DNA of 62,470 bases, counting the filler, from Sphacelaria rigidula (lineage: Eukaryota): NCBI GenBank assembly GCA_964200075.2. It is 5 parts of 5 records of this genome, joined end to end, with 100 filler letters (N's around TTAATTAATTAA, not from the genome) between each part and the next. Parts side by side here need not be neighbours in the genome. Positions count along the whole stretch, not along the records: positions 25,032 to 37,445 come from CAXNAA020003802.1; positions 37,546 to 49,958 come from CAXNAA020003803.1; 3 more parts are not named here. One strand, 5' to 3'. The notes below the pieces were generated by a model, which had not been told where the DNA came from, ran no database searches, and saw only the letters and a list, made by a program, of their open reading frames with translations. The translations under genes and the position numbers were made by a program. Of the stretch, positions 26,524-40,525 are shown piece after piece (positions within the stretch are counted from its first letter, which is position 1; each line of letters begins with the position of its first letter).

Positions 26524-26796
26524 GCCGCGCCCCGGTGGTGTAATGATCCGACTGTCACCATTAGGGTGGAGAGAACGGGGGTTCGATTCCCGGTGCGTTG
26601 GGTTTTTTCTTCGTAGAGTATGATTTTCACCGTGGAAAGCGTGAGGACGTGAGTTGACGCGGTGCGGGAGTGCTGATCCAATCCGCGAGATCAAAATGAA
26701 AGGCACGTACCGGGGGAGAGAAGGGTTGTTCCCTCGAGACCACGGACCCATCCCGAGGAAGGGGAGGGATTTAAAGTGTTAGGGAAAAGAAAAACA
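26524..26796 (+). mobile_element. tRNA-headed SINE
   Basis: A box GGTGGTGTAATG, B box GGTTCGATTCC, body AAGGCACGTACCGGGGGAGAG shared with other copies, A-rich end. Confidence 0.75.
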
Positions 26797-29700
26797 TAGA
26801 CCGTGGGTAAAATCAAGAGATCTGGAAGGTACGCTTGCGACGTGGCGCCTCATTGAACTTTCGACATGACCTAGTCAATTATTTATTGTACAATACAGGA
26901 CCCACACCCAGCACGATTCCCCCTTGTTGTGATGCGGAAGAACACCACCGCTCCATTCCACGGTCTAAAAGCTACTCGAGCATGTGAACATAGCGGCCAA
27001 GACAGCAAACACTGGAGAGGGTACATAATTACTGCTGTACAGCTGACTGGAATAGAAAAACAGAAAACCGCATACCAGTGCTGCAGCAGTACAGCAGCCG
27101 ACTGAAGCCAACAAGGGTGCGAATCAACCTCACCAGTGAAAATCAAGAACCTACACACCTCCTACGGTACCCAGCAACAGACATTGAGACTGCGCTTGTC
27201 GGCAGCTCCGGCAACTTTATACGAAGTCTGCCGTGCAGCTTCGCTTCGTTTTCCTTGTCCTAAACACGTGCTGCAATGAACCCGCTGCGCAAGGCATCGT
27301 GCCGCAGCCAGTGAAGCTGTGAGCTGTTTTATTAAGTAATGTACTGCTGTGTACTCCTGCGACAGACTGCTGCACTGGCTGTCAACAGCGAGTTAAAACA
27401 GTGGGGGAATGACGGGTATGTCCGGTTCAAGAGAAACGGAGTTCGGTTTTAGAGAGTGGTGTGCCAAGCTATTTTGACCTCTCTTAAACCAGCAATTCTC
27501 TCAAACGTCTCTCTCTAAACCCTTTTGGAACCCTTGATGGAAAATTGAGGATTTACATTTGACTTTTTTGGGGGCGAGAAATGGTTGTTTTTCTACAGCC
27601 TTTGAGCAAACGATTCGCCCAAAGCGTGCTTTTCAGACCCGTGCGAATAGAACGTGGAAGAAAAGAAGGTTCTCTATTTACAGTTGTGACGAATTGCTCG
27701 ACCCGTCGGTGTTTTCTAACCCCCGCCAGAGTGCATGGCTGACCTTTCGTGAAGAAATCTTCACGCCGCACCTGCAGTAGATGCTTCTTGCCGCATCATG
27801 GCAAGCCTGCGCCTAAGTTGCAAAAACAAAGGCGACGCCGACGGCACACTTATCTCAGTGATGCCCTCGCCTACTCTCTGTATTCGGAGACAGTCACCGT
27901 CAGGCCATGTGGGGATGTGTTCACCTACTCCTCTGTACCGCGTGTGATCATGATATTTTCAGCTGATTTCAAGTGTAAACTCACGTCATGCACCTTACTG
28001 TACTCCGTCGTCCGCCTTGATACGGCACCAAACCGCGGTTTGATCACTCCATACGGCGACGAGGATGCCACGTACCCCCCCGTTATACATACTCCTGGTG
28101 TAGCGTAGGCGGGGGGCGTTACTTTAGCACATTATCCGATACAGGCTGTCACTTCGTAGGCTGTGATATTACCGCATATCTCATGCTACGCTTTGTGCTG
28201 TACGTCTCCACGACACCATCTGTATAATGCGGGTTGATCATGCCTGAACGTTGCAGAGCCCCACTTTGTGCTGCGTAAGGTGTATTACTCCGGCTTGCGC
28301 TATCGCGTTCGGACCGTCTGTCCTCGTGGGCGGCGTTGGGGTTTCATGCAATGATATTACACACTTCATGTCTTCTTGCATGGAACACCGTAACACCGTT
28401 ATTCAGTTATACTGGACTGTAGTGAAGTTTGAAGTGTGTTTACTGTCTGTAGTTATAGTTGGGTCAGGATGATTGCGACAGGCTGTCCCGATCGGTTGTC
28501 GACCGTTTGCCAGTATGTCGTCTGTCTGGACGCTGGCATTCACGTCCGCCTGATGTCTTCCACATAATCCTGTGTGCCTCCCAGCGTTTTCTCTTGCTGC
28601 GGTTACTGTGCTGACGTTCGGTAAGCGGGCGGGGGGGGGGCGGTGTGCTCCGGGGGACAATAGACTGTCCCAACCGCTCTTGCAGCTTTTTTAGCGAAAC
28701 GCCTGTTAGCGTCCTGACCGTACTTCTCAGCCACCTCTTCCGGCTGAACGTGAAGTGCATATGGGTCGCTCTTCAGCGCTTTCACATGTGGCGACGGGAT
28801 TTCCACTTGCTCCGCCATATCATTGTCGCCGTATAGCGTGGCTTCCTACCCTCGCCAAGTCTCGATGATCCAGCCCACCATAACGGTGCACCACTCTGAA
28901 GTCAAGTATATTAGTGCGCCACTTCAAGTTCAAGTACACTACTGTAATGTGATATATTCGCGCACCGAACTCGAATTAAGGTATTTCACAGATTCCCACT
29001 GACAAAAATTGCATATATGGGAGTTTGTACTGCTCTGCGAGAGTTTCGTCGATGCATACAATTGGACGCACTCTCGCCGCCCGTCGCGTATATCATTGGA
29101 AAAACCCAACATGACCGCTCCGGGGTTTCATTTTCGGTACATCCATGGCATATGCTTCTGGCGTCTCCTTTGGTCTTTCACAGTGAAAATGGTTGTCGTC
29201 GGTCCTTTCTTCTTCGTCACAACTTGAAAGAATGAGGCGCCTGGCCCGCGGAAGGGAGGGGAGAATTCCAAAGGGTTAAACTGTGGCCCCCACTGTACAC
29301 ATAAGTTGGAATAAGTGGGTCTGGGATCGCCGTGCCTTTTGTCACGCATATATATATATATGCATATATGTATATATCTGTTGTAGTGAGTGCAGCACGG
29401 AGTACAGTACAGTACCGGGCATTTACATTGGGTTGGTGGAGAACACCACGAGAGGTAACAGTGCCACCAACGCAAGAGGTATACTATACGGCATGTACGA
29501 AGGTTTCACAAGCCGTAGCCGACGGGCGCTAGAGTCTTTGCAGCAGACAGACTACTCCCCATCACTCCAATCTGCGTGCTCAACCATGGCCATAATACTG
29601 CTACAGTTGTCATACTCCAAAAAAAGGTAGTTTATATCTGTGTCTAACTGAGCGCCCGGAGGCCATGAAAGAGTCACTAGCGCATACGATTGCCATACTT

Positions 29701-29919
29701 GAAATGTCGGCGGGACTGTCAGTCCGTGTTATCGGAACGGAAAGCCTTGGGTGCTGCAAGTTGGTGTGTCTTGTTGGCCTTGTCTACTGGAGGCTCAGCG
29801 CCAAGTAGCCGCTGGTCGAAGCAAGGTTTTTTTGCAGGGTAAGCTCACCCATGCGGTTTCCATGCGTGTTTGCTTGTTTGCGTACCAACGTCTGTTCGTC
29901 CTGTCAATAGTAACAATTG

Positions 29920-30169
29920 CAAGGGTCGGACGAATTGATGATTCATCTGGAAATTACTTGATTTCAATGTAATTAATTCGTACCGTACGAATCAATCCTT
30001 AAGCAGTGTTACCAGCGTCGCAACTCACGTACGGGCAGCCCAGGCACGTGGAATGATGGCGCCGAAACCTCCTTGATCAGCGTTCAATCTTTTCCTCTTT
30101 TTCGAGCAACCAGGCCTGAAAAATCGTGGATTTGGTTATTCGAACCGGCGATGATTCATCCGAACCGTG
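29920..30169. mobile_element. hAT-like MITE, second copy
   Basis: Colinear with 17986-18247; 8-bp TSD AACAATTG/AATAACTG. Confidence 0.72.
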
Positions 30170-33100
30170 AATAACTGGCTGTTGGGGGTGGGGGGTGCTT
30201 TTACTCAATCCTGCTCCGGTCCGAAATCAAAACGGCGCCCGACCACACCCGCATGCGCCGCCTGCAGCACGTACGCCCCCCACCAAATACACCACGCCCT
30301 TCATCTGTTCAGCAAAAGACTACTGAACGTTGGCGCGATCACGGCTACTACACCGTCTTGTTTTCAATTGAGACGACGATGCCGCCGGCCCCGGCTTATG
30401 CAGGAATGACTGTACTGTGCTCTCATGCACGGCATGTGCGTAGCAATGATATTTGTTCTTGTACGCGTTGTCTCTCCATCAATAGCAATCGTTCCGAAGC
30501 CCTGGCTAATGGTAAGAGATAAGCGGCGGTCGGTCGTCGGGCGCTGAAACGCAAAGGTTCGTACCGCGTTTGCTCGATTGTCGCACAGTACGGTAGCTGA
30601 CACTCTATGTAGAGATCATATGTAGAGATACAGCGGTGATCATTATCCACAATATAGACGTTTCCAAGGTAGACAAAACTAAAACGCTCGCTGAAGAAAG
30701 GGACAATGGAAAAAAAAATGAAACAAAGTGAGTAGGACCAATTATTATCGAAATGAAATTTGATTGCTCAAAAGTGTGTATTTTTTGCCCTTCGGCAGCG
30801 TTTTGGCGTCAAGAGACGGCGAGGCGGATAGTGTCACCTCGGAATGACTCGCTCTACTGCGTGGGAGGATTCGAAGATTCCCGTACAGTTCAACGAAGTT
30901 TTGTGCGCGCAGTTAGAGTTTTGGCCGAAAACAGAATATCGCGCAAACCTTGCACATTTGCAAAAGTGACCGTTATGGGGTTCACCTCTAGCCTTTTCGC
31001 CGTGTGCAAAGGTTGTGGGATTTGTATTTTTTCGGCCAAAGTCAAACTGCACTCACCTAAAATCGTCGAAGTGTGTGAAATCCTCGCAGTATTGTCGAGC
31101 AGGTCATTCTGAGGTGATGTTTCCCGTCTGGCCGTCTTTCCAGGCGAAAACGCTGTCGAAAGGCCAAAACAGGCACTTTTGGGCAAAAACTTCCGTTCCC
31201 ACAAGAATTGGTCTGAACTTGAAGAAAAAAAGCAGCCTCGAAACCAAGTAGGAGAAGGAAAAGAGAATATCGAGAGGCAGGTAAAACTGGTCCCGATGAA
31301 CAAATAATGAGATGAACTAGAAATGGCTGTTCACTGCGCAATGGCTTGAGGTGAAGAAGCCGTGAGCAAGGAACACACACTGTGGAAAGGCGATTTCCTC
31401 CACGCATTCTTCTGGGAAATTTCCCCAGAAGTGTTGTATCATAATCACCCTCCCTTTTATCAGCCTTTTCGTGTGCTCTTTTGACAACGAGAGGTTTGCA
31501 GAGACAACCCCTTTCGCCGGCTAGCGGTAACGAGTTTTGAGCGTTTTTTTTCTCATGTCTTGCTTGTTTCGTGTCTTGGTTTGCCAAGCTATAGCTAATA
31601 GAACTACCTCCGCGCAACACTTCCCCGTGCGTTTGTCAACTCTGCGTACTAGTCACGCATCGGTTTTGTTATCCTCCGCCAAGTTTACCAAAGCTCACTT
31701 TGGTACCGTATGCCTGTTTGAGGTTGGTAACGCTTACCACGGTATCCAGCCACCACGGTAATGCAAGGTCATTTTTGGATGATATTTGATCACCCTCGCA
31801 CACATCGGAACAGGAACCCGCCGCCATGATGATGCACGGTCATTTTTGGATGGTAACGGTCTACCCTGGTACTCATTAGTACGGGACCCAGCTACATGGT
31901 AATGCACGGTGTTTTTGTATTTTGTGTGTACTTCTTTAGCGTGTGGGAACCCACGGCGTGAACTTATGCATAGACGTCCGAACAAGACGAAATCGTGCGT
32001 GAAGCAAGACGAAACGGTGTACCATAAGTGTTTAGACGTGATACTTCTTTCTTTGTGCTTTCGTGCTTCAGCGTGTGCGTGGTGTCCACCGACAAGAAAA
32101 CTGTAGCGCCCTTGAAAACACAAAACTCGAAAAAAAAACGTCATTCGAAAAGAGGAAAAATATTCGAATAAGAAGAAAACAAACAGAAGTTGGGGGAAAT
32201 CTGAGGTGGTCTTGCGACGGTTGTACCCGCGACCTATTCCCTAGAGATTGTACACGTATCGCCGACCCACTGAGGTGACGTGATTGATGACTGACTTTGG
32301 CAATTCATGTTGCTTTCGTGCGCAATAATCAATTGTGAGCAATATTTTGCGCAGTATTTATTTGGATGGTGAATAGAAACTACAGGAATACCATTCTCTT
32401 GCGCGGTATTTGTTTGGACGGGAATAGGAGAATATGTTGCTCCATAACAATTTGGATGGGAACGGGAGAACGTCAATTCCTTGGTCACGGCTTGGATGGT
32501 AATGGTAATTCCGATTCATCATGGTACGCACTAACTTACCGATTACCATGGTTTCACCGTGGTTAATCCCACGTCGAAGAAAAAACGATGTGAGGCTTGC
32601 TTATTTGTATACTTTATTCAGCCCAAGCACCTTGCCCTTCATGAATGTTTGTAGTGGTCCACGTAGGACCCTCCTGAGGGGGGGTGTTGCCCTAGGTGGA
32701 ATCAGTTGAATATGATGTTCTAAAACACGGAACAAAAAGTTCAAGGGCTGAGTCGTGCAGTATTGCCATCTTGTACATATCCACACGGAACTGTATAAAT
32801 TTGTCGTGGGCCAGGTTTGATATTACTTGTACCATGCGTACATCAACGATACTGCGGTCCTGAAAAATTGTTTGGTAAGAGAGCTCATGATCGCACAGTA
32901 CAGTAGCATTAACATAAACATCAGGGCAATTGCCTAGAAAAGGTGTTTTGCCTAAGAAAGGTACGAAAACTGACCAGAAATGTGAAAACACTGCAAAACA
33001 CCCAATCTAGACTGTTTTCGCGCCGATTTGTTCACGCACATCAATCAGGGGGCTCCTTGGCACCCGGGCCTCTGAAAAAAAGCAGGAAAAAAACATGTTG

Positions 33101-33299
33101 CTCGCGATAAATGGCCATGCGCAAAAGGACGTCTCGTCTCGAGAAACCACTTCCCTCTTCTAGGTCAACTATTCACCAGGTATACCTGATCCAGGAGTTA
33201 TTTTCAAATCGTACCTTATCTGGGCCACCGATCAGCGGAGAAAGTACCTGTCCAGGGCCATCACTTGCTACACTGTATCTGATATCGCACACTGCGCGC

Positions 33300-34520
33300 A
33301 AGGGAGTCCACGCGTCAACTCCAACCATGGCGCCCACACGTTCGGCTCTTTTCCGGCTCACTTGCCGTTCACGGATGCCACAATGATCATGCCCCTTTCT
33401 CCCCGGTAATGGTTCCCGAATCCCTCCACATCGACACAAGACTGGACGCACAACTCACAACGCGTCGGCCGTTAGTGCTTGCGGAGGATTACCGTATGCA
33501 ATATGGTGCTGGTGCGATCTCGGGGGAATCTACCTTCGCCAACGGAGGAATGGGTGGCATTCGGGAGCTTGGCGACATTTGTCTGTGAGACAGTCGCTCT
33601 CCAGCGTCGGTCGGATGCGAGGGCTTCGCCGTCGAAACGCACTTCCCTATCCTCGCCTCCTGGTTTCGCTTGGCGGCTGGGTGCGCTCCGTCCGAGGGGA
33701 CGGATGGCGGCTGAGGCCAGTCGATGATTCGATTCCATCTCGGGGTGTATAGTTACATTCCGGACGAGTCTGCGTTCTTGCTGTCGTACTAGGATGGAGT
33801 CCAGGCGCCAGCGGTGTTCGACCTTCGGCCCCGCATACGTGCGAGCGATCGAGCTTTCCCCGCGAGTTGGTGTATGAACAAATGTGTCGGTGGTGGTCAT
33901 CTTATGTTCTGCAGCGCATTTCAGTAAGCGTCTACCATTATTATTCCGGCCGTCTCTGCCATCCTCTGTCAATACCCGAACGCCATGCATGCCCCCTCCT
34001 TCTCCCTTGCCGGTACGAGCATTGGCATTCATCATGAGTATTCGATGCTCATTGGTGGGCGCTTCAGCGAGTGAACTACTGAAGGTTTTCCAGAACTTGG
34101 TATTTTCAGAGCCTTGTGCTGTCTCAGTTGGAGCATACCCTACGATGAAGGTTGTGGTCACTCTATGCCTGAACGTTACTCGTACCTTTAGGATCCTTGC
34201 ATCCCTATCTTCGGAGATGATGACTTCTGGGCTAAGCGTGCTGGCGGTAGACTCCTTCATGGCGAGGCTGACTCCAAGCACTCCCGGTTTACCCTCGTCT
34301 CCATTGCAATGACCACTGCAGTGAACGATGTATCCTGCTGCTGGTACGTGGAACGTTGTTCTTCCATCCCGACGGATTTCTTGAGGGGCGAATAACAGTT
34401 TTATTTGGACGCAGGAAGCAGCAGGTCCCCTGCGTGGCCTGTGCCATTGAAACCTCTCTCGGCCAGGGTTCGTATAATCTAGGTGGCTACTACTAGCTCT
34501 TTGGATCGTGACATTGCCCT
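33300..34520 (-). mobile_element. Degenerate non-LTR retrotransposon, APE endonuclease domain (RTE-like)
   Basis: ORF 33472-34281 has VGYAPTE, MNANARTG, NNNGRRLL, LDSILV, SNHRL (decayed DYIL/SDH motifs); upstream LVVAT*IIRTL resembles the VATWNVRTL start; stops and frameshifts; no RT domain seen. Ends approximate. Confidence 0.8.
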
Positions 34521-37500
34521 TGCGGCAGCGCGACTGGCGCGAGCCTGAGCGTCGGCTGCTCGCCGAGCTGGTCTTTCCCTCCTTCTATTCCTTCGATTTT
34601 CTGGGTCTCTTTTCTTCTAGTGTTTGATCTACCCTTCTTGGGCTACTCGCTGTTTCCACGTTCTCTTCTGCCTACGCTGGTTCATGCCTGTTTGTTTTTG
34701 CACGGGGTTCAGCGGGCCGCGCGCACGTCGACCTCCACCAAGGCGACCTTTATGCTTACACGCACGTCGCTGTCTACCCTCAGAGCTAAGGCAACAATGC
34801 TTTCTGCGGTGGCGATGATTAATCAGGTTAGCGACCCCCGCCGGCAGGAGAAAGGCGTGGTCCGATATCATCGCCATGTAACAGCAAATTTACGGGTGGT
34901 GACCACCGTATGGTGCAGTCAGTAATGACAGCGCGATTGACGTTCAGTCCCACATCACTGTGGTGCCGAGCAGTTGACAGTAGGAGTTGCTTACTCTCCG
35001 CATTAGCCGAGTGTTGTATGTACCCTTCCAGGGGTCGCTGCCTTCAGCTGGCCTAACCCGGCCTCGGTGGTTCGGGTCGACGCCCAGGGGAGGGTATCGA
35101 CTGTATCACGAGTGGTGGACACCGTAAGGCTTGTGCGTGCAGGAGCACTTTGACAGAAGGAGTCACCCAGCTCCTGCACGGGCGTGGTACGGAGCAGTTT
35201 GACTATGGGTGTCACTGACTCTCTGTACTATCCTGAATGCTGTGTTTTTCCTCGGGCCGCTGCCGTCAGCCGCCTCAACCCGGCCTCAGAGGCTCGGGGC
35301 CAAGGCCGGGGGAAAGCGAGATATATTCAAAATAATCGAAACAGCCGTCAAGAAGGGAGAGGTTCCTCAAACCACTTCAATATTTTCCCGCTCTACTACT
35401 ACTGCACGCGTAGCCCAGGCTGCCCATACGCATCACATAATTATTTTCTGTCTTGTGAGTGGTACGAGTATGTTTAGCCAAGCTGTACGGAACAGGTCGT
35501 CAATTTTGGTTCACGTGAAGAGGATAAAGCCCACCCCGTTCCCCCACATGAAACTCCAACTAATGTTGAATGCGATATTCCTTGTTCGGCAGGTTTCCGC
35601 AGTGAAGAAACGGTTCCGACTGACAAACTCGGGGAATATCAAGCGAGGACAGACCGGAATGCGACATAACACGGGGCCGAAGGCGCCAAATAGAAAACAA
35701 AGCTTGCGCCAAACGCGGCTCGTTCACGGGCAGCAACGCAAGAAGTTACTGGAGATGCTTGGGGGTGCATAGCGTCGTCACTTGTTGTTTTTAGAGTTGG
35801 GCAAGATGTTTTGAATGAAAGGCCTCTAATAGGAGGCTTATTCGTTCTGTGCAGGCAGGACTTTTAGTTCGGCCGATTTAAAGATGCCTTGGGTGATCGC
35901 ATGTTTCCCCCGTGAAAAAATTGATGTTTCTTTCCGATGGCTCGCGTCGTTGCACCTTCGCTGTCAGAGGGAGGTGGACAGACAGGCTCGTACATACCGT
36001 TCAAGCGGCCCGTATATACTGTTCGAGAGCCACTTTTACACGAGTTTTGTCCGGTGTTGTCTTTTCTGCTTTGCGAGGGGGGTCGTAGGCGCCCCAAAAC
36101 CATGGTTTTCTTCGTCAGACCCTGAGGCTAACCCTCACAAAAGTCTCAACCCAAGGCGGACCAACAACCCTCGATGAAGGGAGATGCCTACTTTGCCCAA
36201 CGTCAAGTGTCCGTTGGCAGAGCTGAAACGGACATATGATCGGATTCAAAGCGCGTGCTGACTACTCGTACGCTGGGCGAGCCTTGGGGACTGTGTGTAG
36301 ATCCCAATGTTCACACTAGGGGAAACTAAGACCAAGAATAATCCAGCCATGGATTTGGGGTGCCGGGTTCGCGAAAATTATGTTGCAAATTTTTACTTCA
36401 AAGTACGAGTATATAAATCGAGCAGATGGGTTTATCGAACGAGTGGAGTGGCTCTTGGCATCTGTAGATTTCACTCCACGGTTGTCGAGCGGAATTCTGG
36501 TACTCATCGCTCGCGACTTTCTGGTACTCTTCGAGTCTCAAGACCTGACGGCCCGACCTGGCTCCAACATAGAGAGCGGCTGCAATGAATCCCTTCTTAC
36601 TAGAGATGTGATCCGATCCGTAACCGACGGATTTTATCTGGATTTGCCGAATCCGGATATCCGACCCGTGCCCTGTTCCAAATCCGTTGGTTATCCGTGC
36701 CTTCGACCCACAGTGCCAATGACTTGGCTTGAACTTGACCGAATGTCAGATTTCGCCACCATTTTTAAGGCGGCCTCGCCACTACATCCCCGGGATTTAG
36801 TCGGGCCGCCTGTCGTGATGAACTTCAATTAGCAATATGCACCAATGGTTCGAGGTAGTCGGGTTCTGCGATCGTCTGCCATGAGGCTACTGTACGCATG
36901 ATTGTACGCATGGTGGTGGTATAACGTTCAGATCTATCGTGGTCATTGTGTAATTGTTGTCATAAGGGTATACTACAGCAATCTTAGCGACCCGCTGCCG
37001 ATACGCCGATAGGTGGTGCACAGTGTTGTACTCTTTCGCCAAATAGTGGGTCATCACGTGGATCTAATGTTCATGTTCATTTTTGAAAATCATAGTTTTG
37101 GTCATTTTTCATCTGTCGCATAGTTCAGCCATGCCGCAGTGCCCGTGCTTCCCTCACACAAGACTGCATGGCCGAACGGAATGCCTATGCTGTGCAACGA
37201 GTCACCGGGAATACCGAATGATAGTGGTACAGCGTCTCAAGTATGCGTAGTTGTCCCGGATCCGTCAATCCGCCGAAAAAAAGAAATATATTGGAAAAAT
37301 ATGATAGCCGATCCTAATTTTTGGGGTTGGTTCATAAAATGAGGTTGAAGTCCCATCCCTTCATTGCAGGGAAGATACGAAAGAGTAACACAGAGCGAAA
37401 GTATCCTCCCCCCTCCAAACTCCACGGGAGACCGCGAGAGTAGGTNNNNNNNNNNNNNNNNNNNNNNNNNNNNNNNNNNNNNNNNNNNNTTAATTAATTA

Positions 37501-37777
37501 ANNNNNNNNNNNNNNNNNNNNNNNNNNNNNNNNNNNNNNNNNNNNATAATAATAATAATAATAATAATGATGATAGTGATAATAATAATAGTAATAATAA
37601 TAATAATAGGGGCAGTGTGAATATGAATACCGTATGGTGACCTGTATGAGGTATGTTTTGATTCTAGACACAACCTTATAGTATACCCTCAATAGGTTCG
37701 CCCTCGTACTGTACCAGTATGCAGTAAGAGTCTCACATGTGAGGTTCATTGAAAATCCTGCCCCCCCTTGTTAATCG

Positions 37778-37840
37778 CGAAAGGGATGCGTGGTCAATGG
37801 CCAAACGACTAAGGCAAGCAACAACTGAGTACGCGCCCCC
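37778..37840 (+). mobile_element. Poly-C-ended insertion with imperfect 18-bp TSD
   Basis: Flanks GCCCCCCCTTGTTAATCG (37760-37777) and GCCCCCCCCTATTAGTCG (37841-37858). Confidence 0.75.
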
Positions 37841-37955
37841 GCCCCCCCCTATTAGTCGTATGATCAGCTATTTTTTCCTCCGATGCCATTCGTTCCTGGT
37901 GTTGATTACTGTTGAAATTATTATGAACAAACAATCGCACATATACACAACGCAG

Positions 37956-38099
37956 GTAGAGCGAGGTTGCCGCGTAGGCGACAGGGGTTTCGACGTATTG
38001 TTCGTATCCAGAAGGAGCCGCTTGAGACAGGGCACGCGCTTCACCAGGAGGGGAATAGACGACAGCGGAAACGTGGCAAATTTCGTCGAAACGGAGCAG
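37956..38099 (+). CDS. SAC1: SAC1-family phosphoinositide phosphatase, first visible exon (5' part missing)
   Basis: CGCAG|GTA; SRRSRLRQGTRFTRRGIDDSGNVANFVETEQ is the conserved Sac-domain motif; GT at 38100. Confidence 0.92.
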
Positions 38100-38946
38100 G
38101 TGGGGTTGCTTGAGTTTTGCTCGGGCTGGCGGGGTGGGGTTAGGTCGGGTAGTTCAAGTGAAAACATGAAGACAAATTGTGCACAGCTGTGACAATAAAT
38201 CAATCGATCTATCAACGACGCATTTTACATTTCTACACACACGTATGACGTGCTGTTTTCTTTCACGTAACACGTAGTGGAGAATGATTTCACCAACCCC
38301 TCCCTCACGAGACTGTCATTTTAAGCCTGCTTCGCTTCACCACTCTTGTACTTGACCCTTCATCATGCAAGGAGGAAGGAGATCTATCGATGGTGATTTG
38401 TCGGCTGAAATATTTCAAGGAGTGAAGGAGGCGATGATAGCACAAAACATGCAAAAATGTGCTGGTGTCCAGCTTTCAACGAGATGAAACCCGAGGCTTA
38501 GACAAGATTTGTTTTCCAGAGCTCGGTTCGTTCTTGAACTTTCAACCCGACGTTTTCAAAAGCGCCCTCCCCCGACCCCCTTCCCTTGTTCATTTGTATT
38601 GCTGTACGTAGTAACGTTTGGTGACGTAGAGGTGATGTTCTTCGTTCCCCTGGGATTTATATATCTGTTGCAGTTCGCCACAATCTTGTCGGCCTGCACC
38701 TGATGGTGTTTCTGTTCGTCAAGTGAAGATGATCTATCCGCACCTTTCCCCATCCTTGTAGTATCAATTTTGCTTTCAGTTGCTGGTGTGTCAAGTCTGC
38801 CACAGTACGACGTTTCACCCTCCATTCTTTTTTTTTTATTTTCAAATTCTGCTCTTTCCCCCCCTTTTTTGTTGTTGCTCTTGTTCCTTCCTGACATATT
38901 TTGGTGTTCGTCCGTGTTTGTATCATGTCCTTCTCATTACCCGTAG

Positions 38947-39092
38947 TCGCTGCTCCACGAAGACCACAGCCTGACGTCACATGTGCAGATTCGTGGGTCT
39001 ATCCCCGTGCTCTGGAGCTCCCCGACTAACCTCCGGTATCACCCCAAAGTCCGGATCGACCCAGACGAAGAGGCCTCCCTCAGGGCACTCAG
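38947..39092 (+). CDS. SAC1: SAC1-family phosphatase exon (absent from ORF track)
   Basis: CCGTAG|TCG; SLLHEDHSLTSHVQIRGSIPVLWSSPTNLRYHPK (QxRGSIP motif); GT at 39093, phase 2. Confidence 0.9.
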
Positions 39093-39486
39093 GTAGGGTG
39101 TCTGTACAACGACGTACGGTAAAGGGAGGTGGCGGGTGATGGTTGCCTCAAATTCATATTCTTGATCTAGCAGCAGATACTTTCTTGCCTCGTCGTCGAC
39201 GGCGCAACTCCGAAACGACAGCTCCGGTACGACTGATGAAAAATCAAGGTTTCCTTGCTTCAGGGTGCTCCCCGTACATTTGAAAATTGAACGTTACGTT
39301 CACATTACGTTCATCACGTAAAACAAAATTAACGTTCACGTTACGTTTCGGCCGAAACGTAACGTGAACGTAACGTGTAACGCGATGACACGTGTAACGT
39401 GTATAGTCCTGCTTGTTTCGGGCAAGATCATGGTGGTGGTGGTGATCACAATGAGGAGGAGCGTATGAACTGGATAACGACAGTGC

Positions 39487-39820
39487 AAAACGCGGTCTAA
39501 TTGTAAAGCTGACACCATAAGGGTGGAATGAACGCGGGTTCGATCGCTGCCAGATGCGCTTGGATTTTTTTTTCTTTTTTCTTTTTTCTCCACGGTAGTT
39601 GTACTTGTGTCTGATATCCGTCGTTGAAAGCGTGAGAATGCGAGCAAACAAGAAAAGAGTTTGTTCGGCTGAGTTCGTTTGATTAGAGTCGATCCGGGAA
39701 TGCCAATTCAATCCGCGAGACCAAAATGCAAGGCGTGTACCGGGCAGAGAGGGGTTGATCCCTTGGGGTTCGCGGACTCCTCCGGAGGAATCGGGAGGGT
39801 TCAAAGTGCGACTTGAAAAT
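39487..39820 (+). mobile_element. tRNA-headed SINE, diverged copy in a SAC1 intron
   Basis: GCGGGTTCGATC head; body AATCCGCGAGACCAAAATGCAAGGCGTGTACCGGG matches the 26524 copy. Confidence 0.65.
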
Positions 39821-39911
39821 ACATATATATATGTGCATATATATACAACAACCTGACATCAGCTCTCTGCCTCTGCGCGGCCGTCAAATCTACGAAAAAA
39901 TAACAAGACAG

Positions 39912-40347
39912 TCAACACTGCGAGGATTTGATTGGCTTGTACACGGGCGCCACCAATACCACCGCTGACGCCACCAGCGCTGCGGATGCCGCTGGCGATG
40001 TCGGCGGCAGCGGCGGCAGTATACTGTTTGTGAATCTGGTGGACAAGAAGAAGGAGCAAGGTGCCCTAGGAGAAACGTTCGACTCTGCCCTCAGGATTGT
40101 TGCATCCGGCGTCGGTAGCCACCGTCAGAATCAGACGGATGGTGCTGACGCGGATGGTGACAGTGATGGCGTCCCTCCTGACCGCAATCCTGAGCTCACG
40201 GGAGCAGCCGTTGAGGATGGTGCGACTGCGAGGAATGCGGGGGCGGCGGCGGCGGAGACGGGGGAAGCTTCTGCCGGTACTAGTGCGAGCAGAGGCCTAA
40301 ATCTGGTCGGCTCCCTGCGACACGTGTGGTTTGACTTCCATCACGAG
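39912..40347 (+). CDS. SAC1: SAC1-family phosphatase exon
   Basis: GACAG|T completes the phase-2 codon; QHCEDLIGLY, VNLVDKKKEQGALG, WFDFHHE; GT at 40348. Confidence 0.88.
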
Positions 40348-40442
40348 GTACGACTGTATCGTATCGCTGATGGTGTGCGATGCACTTTTGACAATATTTA
40401 CCGTCGTACAGGACGCGAACACGATAATTCGACGGTGGAAGC

Positions 40443-40525
40443 GGGGAGGGGGGGGGGGCGTACTCATTTGTTGCTTGCCTTAGTCGTGTGACGATTGACC
40501 ACGCATCCCTTTCGAGACGGAGCAC
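40443..40525 (-). mobile_element. Poly-C-ended insertion in a SAC1 intron
   Basis: G-run then CGTACTCATTTGTTGCTTGCCTTAGTCG..CATCCCTTTCGAGACGGAGCA, the reverse complement of the 9663 copy. Confidence 0.75.

Noticed and set aside
34985-35110. HDV-like ribozyme at the LINE 5' end (minus strand)
   Set aside because: A P4-like stem followed by CTAA is visible, but P1, P1.1 and P2 could not be assembled by eye; a descriptor search would be needed.
36180-36600. Tyrosine recombinase/Crypton remnant (GETKTK)
   Set aside because: No R..HxxR..Y catalytic pattern found.
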